Of a stretch of DNA of 64,000 nucleotides, positions 54,280-64,000 are shown piece after piece; within the stretch, counting starts at the first letter, position 1, and the number at the start of each line of letters is the position of its first letter. This stretch comes from Albugo candida. Lineage: Eukaryota. The notes beneath the pieces are model-generated. The model saw only the letters and a list, made by a program, of their open reading frames with translations. It did no database searches and was not told the DNA's origin. A program made the translations under genes and the position numbers. The stretch spans positions 1 to 64,000 of the forward strand of contig JBDOQK010000070.1 of the NCBI GenBank assembly GCA_040437565.1. The letters run 5' to 3'.

Positions 54280-57200
54280 TTACTTTGTGACCTGCATCAT
54301 TTTCCATGCCAAAGTGTACTCCTTCCACAACCAAAACACCTTAGCAAGTGCTTTTTGGCGTTGCTTTTCGAAACATCTTCGAGCTCGTTTCCTCGCAATT
54401 CGAACGCAATGACTCCAAGTTTTCCATTCAGTAAAGATAAGCTTCATACGTAAGTGTCTTCGCCTCTGCAAATTCCGGGCAGCTATCCGCAGTGACTGAT
54501 TGAAGCATTTCCATCTCCTCCACGCTCTCAGAGTTTTATAACGGTTGCAGACCTTCTCCACGACCAGAGTGCCTTGTACAACCTGAGCGCGATAACTTCG
54601 TTTATAGCGTACACGCTCGCCCCATATCGACCAAATGCGCCTATAGGTAGTGTGACGATCGTAAGCAATGGCGACGTCCCATTTGCGTCCACCGAGCTCA
54701 CTATTGTGCCTCCAAACCCGCAGCGAGAAACGAAGACGTAGGCCTCGCATGCGGCATACCGCAAATTGGCACCTTTTGCTTTCCCAAATCACCCGCTTCC
54801 ACTCAGCAAAAACAGCTTTCGTGTATCGCTGCGCTCGTTGCGAGTGTAAAATCAGACATTTCCGCATTACTGATCGTATCATTTTCGTATGCACATGCCA
54901 CCGTAGCAGAAGTTTGCCGGCTTGGCGATATCTCGACATCAAATTGTATCGCCGAGCCAATTTGCAATAATAAGCTGAAACCCATTGTCGCCAAAATCCG
55001 CTTTTATGATCCCGCACTAAAAGACTCACATTCTGTGATCGGCGTGAGAGCTGGCGCCAAAGGTGGAGAGAAAGTCGACAACACGCGACATACTTTTGCT
55101 TTTGCAGGCTACAGATAATAGATATAGCCTCAGAATACGCCTCTGTTCTTCTACAACGCTCTTTCCAGCGAGAAAGGTACATGCGTACACGGTTGCGCTT
55201 TAATACTTGCTGTTGAAGTCGATGGTGCCTATACGTTGTCCAAGTGCACCAACTCGCGCGCTGTAAATGCAGTAGATAACTCTGGGCGATGCACAGATTA
55301 CGGAGCCGATACTCTCGATGAAGATGTACCCAATTTTTCCAATGTATAAAGTACTTTGACCTGTTTCTGTTCTGTCGATATCTCAAGAGTTTTATGTATC
55401 GCTTCCATTGGCACCACTTCCGCACCGCAAGGAACCTTCCGCGAGTGAGATAGCGATACGAAATGCCTCGTGCTATTCGCTGCGTGCGTTTTTGATACAG
55501 ATATCGTCTCACGAACTGATTAAAAGCGAATCGCAGGCTCTGATAGCGGCAGTGGTATGCAGCACTCCGAATACTTTGCCGTTTATGCCGCGAATATTCG
55601 AGTGTGAAATGCTTCCAGGCTTGCCAGGCTTTGAATATTTGTTTCGCTTTCGAGTACGAAGATAACAGATTTCCAAGCAACTTTTTTTCATTCTTCCAAG
55701 AAATCCAGGTTTTCATGACTGATCTCAATAAACTAGAGTGGTACTGCTGGATCCTCTTGACCACCAGCTGGCCCAGGACAATCTCGCGGTGGCGACGTCG
55801 TCGCCATTCAATTCCAAAGAAATGAAATTGTTTCCACGCTGAAAAGAATTTCTTTCTTTTCCCACCCGCAGTTCTGTATATAAAGGCACAAAGGTTCTCT
55901 GTCCGGCGGTGTCGGCTTAGAAGCCGTGTTTTCCAAGCCTCAAAAGTGCGGCGAGACTGACATGATCGATGAAATCGCTTCCCGAGGAATAGGCGTCGCC
56001 AAAGAGCCCACGTGACATCTGTTTTTGCGTACGAGGAAATAGAGTGTCGTTTCCATTGCAAAAGTACATTTTCAGCGATGCGATTTNNNNNNNNNNNNNN
56101 NNNNNNNNNNNNNNNNNNNNNNNNNNNNNNNNNNNNNNNNNNNNNNNNNNNNNNNNNNNNNNNNNNNNNNNNNNNNNNNNNNNNNNAAGCCGTGTTTTCC
56201 AAGCCTCAAAAGTGCGGCGAGACTGACATGATCGATGAAATCGCTTCCCGAGGAATAGGCGTCGCCAAAGAGCCCACGTGACATCTGTTTTTGCGTACGA
56301 GGAAATAGAGTGTCGTTTCCATTGCAAAAGTACATTTTCAGCGATGCGATTTGAATTTCTCTCAACGCCCAAAATCTTTTCAAAACGCTGTAAACGCTTT
56401 GTATACGCACACAAAAGCCGAAAAGGCTTCTCTACGTATCGTCTATTGATACACTGCTCTCCAAAAGCTCTGACGCGGATTTTCCTTAATCGATTACCTC
56501 GCCATGTGAGCAAGAACTCTTTTAGAACAGCTTGGCGATAAAAAGTTTCAAGACGAGCTTGGACGCAAGTCTCATGGCGTTGCTGAACGCCCCAGCTTCT
56601 CCAGAAAATGAACATTGATCGAAACCACTTCTTCTGCTTCCCAGAATCCTTCCAACGTCCCCAAAGACACAATTTTCTCGCAAAGTCTGCATTTCGTCTC
56701 TTCTGANNNNNNNNNNNNNNNNNNNNNNNNNNNNNNNNNNNNNNNNNNNNNNNNNNNNNNNNNNNNNNNNNNNNNNNNNNNNNNNNNNNNNNNNNNNNNN
56801 NNNNNNGACGCAAGTCTCATGGCGTTGCTGAACGCCCCAGCTTCTCCAGAAAATGAACATTGATCGAAACCACTTCTTCTGCTTCCCAGAATCCTTCCAA
56901 CGTCCCCAAAGACACAATTTTCTCGCAAAGTCTGCATTTCGTCTCTTCTGACAGTGTTCCTTCCGTCGAGCTACACGATCTCTCCATGCGCAAAGCACTC
57001 TCTGCATCGATTGACGCTTAGTACGGCTTTGAAAAATAAAGGTATTGGTGTCGACGTCCCGCTTCCTGAGCGTATAACGCTTCCAAATATTAAAGGTGCG
57101 TTTCCGCAATGAAATAAAGCCCTTATATAGTGCCGATGATTTGCGGTGCTCTTGTTGGGTCTTGGCGACGATACCTCGTCGCCAGTGCTTCCAGCTGAGT

Positions 57201-60200
57201 CGAAAAAATACTGATTTATGATGCTCCTCAGCCATTTGGAACCGCTGAGTTTTCATTCTTGTAGCAATCGACAACCTCGAAAGTGAGGAAAAAGCTTTGT
57301 TTAAGACTTTGTATCGCCGTACAAGTACGAAACGAACAACTCGGTGCCTTTGGCGTTGTTTTTGGTTTTTTTCGTGCTTCCACGCAGTAAAAGACATCTC
57401 GAAAAGCTTGCGTCTTAGGAATCTATTGGCCACAAGCTTCTTTTTTCTTTTCACCCATAATCGGCGATGATGAACGAACCATCCCGAAAAGGCCTGGCGT
57501 TTCTCTCGCATCGAAGCGTGTCGATTTGCAAAGTCTAAAGCCCATTGATTCTTTTTATGCTTTCGAATTAAAATACCTCTCCAGAGAAGAAAACTACGCT
57601 TCTTGAAACCAGCAATGCTACGTTTAACGAGCCATGAAGCATATTTCCAGGACTTCCAGGCTCTTGCCTGATAAAGGCTTTTTACATCACACGCAACAGC
57701 CAACGTCAGACACTGTAATTGATATCGTTTCCTGAGGTGCTGATTCCATCTCCTCCACATAAAATCTTTCCTCTTTCGACATGTCGAGGATCGGAACGAA
57801 GCCACTTGAGACCGTTGCAACTGCTTCCGTCGTATACTTTCTTTCATATCATTAAAAACCCTTCGAATTCGCTTACATCGAAAGTAGCGATGTATTCCTT
57901 TTCTTCGGGTTTGTCGGTTCTGAAGGTCTTTCCAAAAATCCCACGCACATCTTATAAGCCTCTTCTCCCTCTTCAGCCGATGAGCCGCCTGGAAATGGTT
58001 TCGGGCAGTTTTTTGAGAGTAGAAAAGTTTCCATTGCTTAAGGCGACGACTTTGAGCTTCAACTTGAAATCGGAGCTTATTGACTTTGCATAATTTCCAA
58101 AATCGAAAGATATGCTTCCAGAGGCAAAATAATCGTTTCTTCCACATCCTCTGAGAGCATATTGCAAGCAATCGGTGAGCCTGTCGCTGCTTTTTGACCC
58201 GAATTGTGATCTGTCTCCATTGCCGTGTTGACCATAAAATTTGTCGATGTACACTTTTTCCAATAAACAGCTGTATTAAAAGATTTTTCTTACGTCCTAA
58301 CAACGTTTGTTGCCACCAATCGATGAAAAAAAGGCTTTTGCGTCGAAATGTTTGCGAGGCCTGGAATTCACGGTACTTGCACCTCATTTGTCGACGCACA
58401 TTCCATCCATAAAAAATAGCTTTTAGAATGCTCTTTCGACGTTCCGCAATGCAAATAAGGCGTAAGACCGCAAGACGATGCGAATAACAAACACGCGAGT
58501 ACCAAAAGTCCCAAACGCGCCGAAAAACGTATCGCGTTTTAATGACAAAAATCCTCTCACATTTTCGGCGGTGGTCTCGTTGCGATATTGATCGCTTGTG
58601 CCATAGAATTAGACATGTACGCACCTTCTGAGCAACATGAAACTCACGCTGTTCTCGACATTTCCGTGTAGCTCGTCTCCAGGCCTTTAGCACTTGAAGA
58701 TGCATCTGCTTCTTCCGTAAGAATGCGACTTCAACCGTGCCTTTCTTCTGTTTGCATATTGACGCTGTGAATGCTTTCCACCAAAGAAAAAATCGACTTT
58801 CAATTCGTCTATTCTCTCGTGATCGAGCACGTCGTCTCAGGCGTTCGACACGCAGTCTTATTTTCCAGGAAAGCCAGGCTTCTTCCAATGATATCGAGTG
58901 ACAGAGAAGCGACAAACACGTGCGATTTCTTTCATTTCGCTTTGAACGGAGCGTCTCGAACGCCCACATGTCTATCGCTTGCCGTTCTAAGCGGAATTTC
59001 CACATGAAAATGATCTTTCGGAGTCTGACGCCGGGAGATCCCTTCCATCTTGCGAGAAAGTCGTCCGTTGCAAACCGTATTTGTCGCTGGCGAATTGCGT
59101 GNNNNNNNNNNNNNNNNNNNNNNNNNNNNNNNNNNNNNNNNNNNNNNNNNNNNNNNNNNNNNNNNNNNNNNNNNNNNNNNNNNNNNNNNNNNNNNNNNNN
59201 NCTGTTTGCATATTGACGCTGTGAATGCTTTCCACCAAAGAAAAAATCGACTTTCAATTCGTCTATTCTCTCGTGATCGAGCACGTCGTCTCAGGCGTTC
59301 GACACGCAGTCTTATTTTCCAGGAAAGCCAGGCTTCTTCCAATGATATCGAGTGACAGAGAAGCGACAAACACGTGCGATTTCTTTCATTTCGCTTTGAA
59401 CGGAGCGTCTCGAACGCCCACATGTCTATCGCTTGCCGTTCTAAGCGGAATTTCCACATGAAAATGATCTTTCGGAGTCTGACGCCGGGAGATCCCTTCC
59501 ATCTTGCGAGAAAGTCGTCCGTTGCAAACCGTATTTGTCGCTGGCGAATTGCGTGCGTTCTGAGGTCGTTGAAGGCGATCTGGAGGTTTCTATCGGCGCG
59601 TTTTTCACGAAGAAATGTACATTTTCGCCAATTTCCGACGCGCTTGCAGATACGTTCGCGTATGCATCCGAGAAGGAAGCATTCATGCACCATTTCAAGC
59701 TGTTTTTCGACCCGTAGAGCTTCTTTCCGGTCGTAAAACGATCGCTTCCACGAAACGAAAACGTTACTGCAAATACGCACATGCTGTCGCACTTCAAAAT
59801 CGCTCACGTTAACGTCTTGCTGCGCTGTCTTCTTCCACCTGTGGAGCGCCCGTTTCTGAGCCTGAGATCTCGCGACTTGTAGGAGTCGAAGTGAGGCTTT
59901 GCGTCTGAACGCAAACAAAAGAAAAGCGGTACGCCAATGTCTCCAAAAACGAAATTCCGTTTGCTTCATGATGCGATTTTCTGTTTTTTGACGTAGAAAT
60001 CGCTCACTCTTTCGGAGTACGGCAAACGCACGCCACAAGTAAAAGAGCTCTTTTTTCCGCTTTTGGGTTTGAGACACAATAAACGTACGAGACGGACGCT
60101 GTTCGCTGACAAATTGTCTCCATCTCTCAACGATTCTATTACACTGAATGGCCTCCCATTGATTTCGTAAGCTCATAAACGCTTCTCTTTCCATCTCTGA

Positions 60201-63200
60201 CGCTTTTTTCCATCGGAAAAGGACACAACGACTTCGAATATTTTCGGCCGCTCGCATCAAATATCTCGTCCGCTGTCTCTCAGTGCGACGTCGCCTCCAG
60301 GAATCCAAAGTCCACGAAAACAGCCCCAGAAACTCTTCATTACGCACTCTCTTTTCCGCCTTTTTCCGCTTTAAAAACAGCTTCCACACGCGCCATTCCG
60401 ACCTCATTCGACTCCAATTCGAACGCTCAACAGCGAAACACTTTCGAAGCCTTTCTTGCTTCGAGAGAGCGTGTCGATGGCGCCATAAAGTTATTTTCTG
60501 ACGGGTGTTCTCCAAACACAACAGATACCGTTTTTGTGCGTTTGATTGAGCCTCCAAGACGAAACACCTCCATCGAAAAAGCCCCGAATACGCCTTCCTT
60601 CTGACACTCATCGAAGCTGTCGTAAAGAATCTGTTTCTCACTAATCGATGTCGTCGAACGTATTCTTTCCAATGCTTCCACGCGTTCATTTCAGAGCAAA
60701 GTAAGACTCGTTTCCTCAGACGGCAGTACCGAGCGCGTCGTCGCCAAAAGCAAAGACCCACCGCTTTAATTCTCTTTTCTGTTTGCTCACTCACCGCTCT
60801 GAGCTTTTGTTCCGTCGTGCAAAACGACTTCCACAATGTGATACTTTGAAAGAGTTCCCTTTTACGCTTTGCGATCTCCCACGAAAACTTGCAATTTTCC
60901 AGCTTTTTCAATGTAATAAGGCAATTTTTCCAATGATACAAACACCTTCTCCACGTTTTACGTGTGTCACGCGCCATCCAGCGAGCTTGGAGTGCGATTA
61001 AACCCCTTAGAGCCTCAACGATTCGCCTCCAATGCCTCAGAAAAGCTTTTGTTCGTTTTCGTTCAAAAGTCAATTTTGCGGCGTTTTCAAAACGCGATTT
61101 TGCAGCGTTTGCTCTCCACCGACGTACGATTCGTCTCTGTCGATTAACGCATCCAAAAGCGTGAGATTGTGCGAGTGCGACCGTATACGTTCGCTTTTGT
61201 GCATTCCATCGCTTCCAATACGTAAATTTGGACCGTAAATTCATTTTTTCAGATCGTTTCTTCCAAAGAGCGAGAAGCTTAATTCTCTGTCGCTTTTGGA
61301 GGGAATACGAGTGCCAAAAAGCGAGAATACGAGCGCTGTATCGCTTTCCACGTAACGTCTGATGCGTTGTGGCGATCGAATGACGCAGTAGATGTGATAA
61401 TTTCCAGGCTTCCCATACCAAGCGCCTCAAGTGCTCCACCCGGGAAGCCGTAATCCTTCTTTGGTATCGTTTTACGCGCTGATGGAAGAGAGTGAGAAAT
61501 CTCCAATGAGAAATTAAGCTTCTGAGCTGTTTCCTTCTTTTGTACGCACCGAATTGCTTCCGTATTCGCCGAATTTGTACCCGAAAAGCCCACGCAGCCA
61601 AAACCTTTCGACACGTTCGAATGGCATTTCTTTTGCGTCTGCCATTGATCTCACGTCGCCTCCCGAAAATGTGTGTCCAGCGTGTCCAAAACAACTTCAG
61701 AACAGTTGGAAACACGTTTCGGATGACCGTACGCTCCTTTGCTTTACATTGCCACAATGTAAGGATTTCGCGCTTTTGGTACGTATGAATGCGTTTCCAA
61801 ACGACTTTACGCTCGTTATGTATTCGTTGACTGTTCTTTCGATTCCAACAGATCGCATTGAAGCAATTACGCAACAGATTTCGATAATAAAGAGCTCTGG
61901 CGCTCACAGAGTGTGATTCCCATATGAAATGCTCATCTCGAAAGTGCTTCCACGCCTGAAAAACCTTTGAGCTTTGTACCGTTCGACGTACTCTCTGTAC
62001 GACAATTCGAACGCGATAAACGCATTTCCAGATTTGAAAGACGTTGGATGCGATGTGGAGCCGGCATTTACGTACGTACTCATTGAGCTCTGAGCTTTTT
62101 TNNNNNNNNNNNNNNNNNNNNNNNNNNNNNNNNNNNNNNNNNNNNNNNNNNNNNNNNNNNNNNNNNNNNNNNNNNNNNNNNNNNNNNNNNNNNNNNNNNN
62201 NGCAGTAGATGTGATAATTTCCAGGCTTCCCATACCAAGCGCCTCAAGTGCTCCACCCGGGAAGCCGCAATCCTTCTTTGGTATCGTTTTACGCGCTGAT
62301 GGAAGAGAGTGAGAAATCTCCAATGAGAAATTAAGCTTCTGAGTTGTTTCCTTCTTTTGTACGCACCGAATTGCTTCCGTTTTCGCTGAATTTGTACCCG
62401 AAAAGCCCACGCAGCCAAAACCTTTCGACACGTTCGAATGGCATTTCTATTGCGTCTTCCATTGATCTCACGTCGCCTCCCGAAAATGTGTGTCCAGCGC
62501 GTCCAAAACAACTTCAGAATAGTTGGAAACACGTTTCGGATGACCGTGCGCTCCTTTGCTTTACATTGCCACAATGTAAGAATTTCGCGCTTTTGGTACG
62601 TATGAATGCGTTTCCAAACGGCTATACGCTCGTTATGTATTCGTTGACTGTTATTTCGATTCCAACGCATCGCATTGAAGCAATTGCGCAACAGATTTTG
62701 AACATAAAGAGCTCTGGCGCTCACAGAGTGTGATTCCCATATGAAATGCTCATCTCGAAAGTGCTTCCACGCCTGAAAAACCTTTGCGCTTTGTACCGTT
62801 CGACGTACTCTCTGTACGACAATTCGAACGCGATAAACGCATTTCCAGATTTGAAAGACGTTGGATGCGATGTGGAGCCGGCATTTACGTACGTACTCAT
62901 TGAGCTCTGAGCTTTTTTCCCTGTGGTAATACTTCCAGGCCGTAAAGTTGCATGCAACCATTTGTCTCTGTCGCTGCCTGGAAACACGCACAACAGCTGT
63001 TTTAGTGCGTTCACAGGCCTCTGATACTATTCTCCAGCTCCATAAAAGTCGATGCAACCATTTGCGAGTGTGTACGTGCTTGTACCTGGAAAGCTTGCAT
63101 TCTCTGACTTCCCAAGCGGCTCTGACGAATTCATTCCATTCCAAGAAGAATCGTCGCTGGAAGGTATGTTCGTGAGCTCTACCAAGCCAACATATCTTCT

Positions 63201-64000
63201 TCTCTACATCTTTTCGATCGAGAACGTAAAGAGAGAGCGTATGAAGCACTTTGGATTGTATTCGAGTCGCTTGGAGCACACGTAAGTTTTCTAAGCGAAA
63301 ACGATGCATTTGTGAGATTTTAAGGACCTCTAGCCAGCAATGCAGCATCTGGCTCAGTTTCCAGCATTGATAGTGAGCCTGATTCTCGCTTGTTTTCATG
63401 CTTTGTTGTCTCTCGATACATTTAGACCCGAACACGCAATGTTCCCAGCGTTGAAGAGCTTCCATCCATAGCCCATAAAATCTTCGTGTATGCGTATCAG
63501 TGCATTTTACGCGTGCAATTCCAATCGTCAGCGCTTCATGTTCCCGCAAATGTGATGGTTGACGCACTTGAACGATTTTTTGGCTGTGAAATGGAGCAAC
63601 TTTATAACTTTTAGTATGAGGCTTTTCGGCCGGGCCTTTTGTATCACTCAACAAATCTCGAAAGCGATCTTTACCCGCTCCTCCAGTCTTTGTAATTGAT
63701 TTTATTGCATTCTCCGAAGTATTTTCATTGTCGCTATGTTCGATATCGTCTGCGCATCTTTGTACAATTCGTTGGATTCGTTCACGCCACGTATCTTGAG
63801 GCTTTTCAAGCGCCACGAGAAAAAGCAAATTCTGAAAGATTTTGGTCTCCTGCGGTCTTACTTTATATTTCCGAAAGACGGTGTGAGATGCGGCAATCAG
63901 ATCTGCAATGGAGAGGCTTTGCGGGCTTGTACGAGGAGTAGAAACGTCAAAAGACCTGGATTTGGTAGTGCAGGCTTGTTTCACAATTTCAGTCAGAATC
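54280..64000 (-). CDS. Giant Sfi1-like centrin-binding repeat protein (one gene broken by four gap overlaps; 5' end probably beyond the window)
   Basis: Successive ORFs overlap across the gaps. Very Arg/Lys-rich, with regularly spaced F/L-x-x-W-K/R motifs over more than 2500 codons, as in Sfi1 repeats. Confidence 0.72.

Noticed and set aside
1..64000. tRNA, rRNA or snoRNA genes
   Set aside because: No convincing cloverleaf, rRNA signature or C/D box pair was found by eye. A covariance-model scan was not possible.

Overview
This is eukaryotic, gene-dense DNA with short (about 45-100 nt) introns. The gene families (GH7 cellulase, START/FYVE-like pair, oomycete-type bZIP-like proteins, Cys/HGG-repeat protein) point to an oomycete, plausibly an Albugo-like compact genome; that assignment is an inference. 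The scaffold has 15 gaps of 100 N, most flanked by duplicated sequence from unmerged contig overlaps or haplotypes, so several apparent duplicate genes are artefacts. The window holds about 24 protein-coding genes, two real U1 snRNA loci plus one gap-overlap copy, and a decayed Ty1/copia retrotransposon. The most notable observations are: (1) a 21-bp motif at the same position upstream of both U1 loci, a candidate oomycete snRNA promoter element; (2) a mitochondrial RF1 whose PxT stop-codon recognition loop is replaced by a shorter PIND loop; (3) a RINGv-Tubby fusion; (4) a secreted RxLR-like effector candidate; (5) a possibly tail-anchored alanine:glyoxylate aminotransferase; (6) a perfect 19-bp palindrome; (7) convergent genes whose coding regions overlap; (8) two divergent versions of one segment of a giant Sfi1-like gene. 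No database searches were possible, so novelty claims are unverified.
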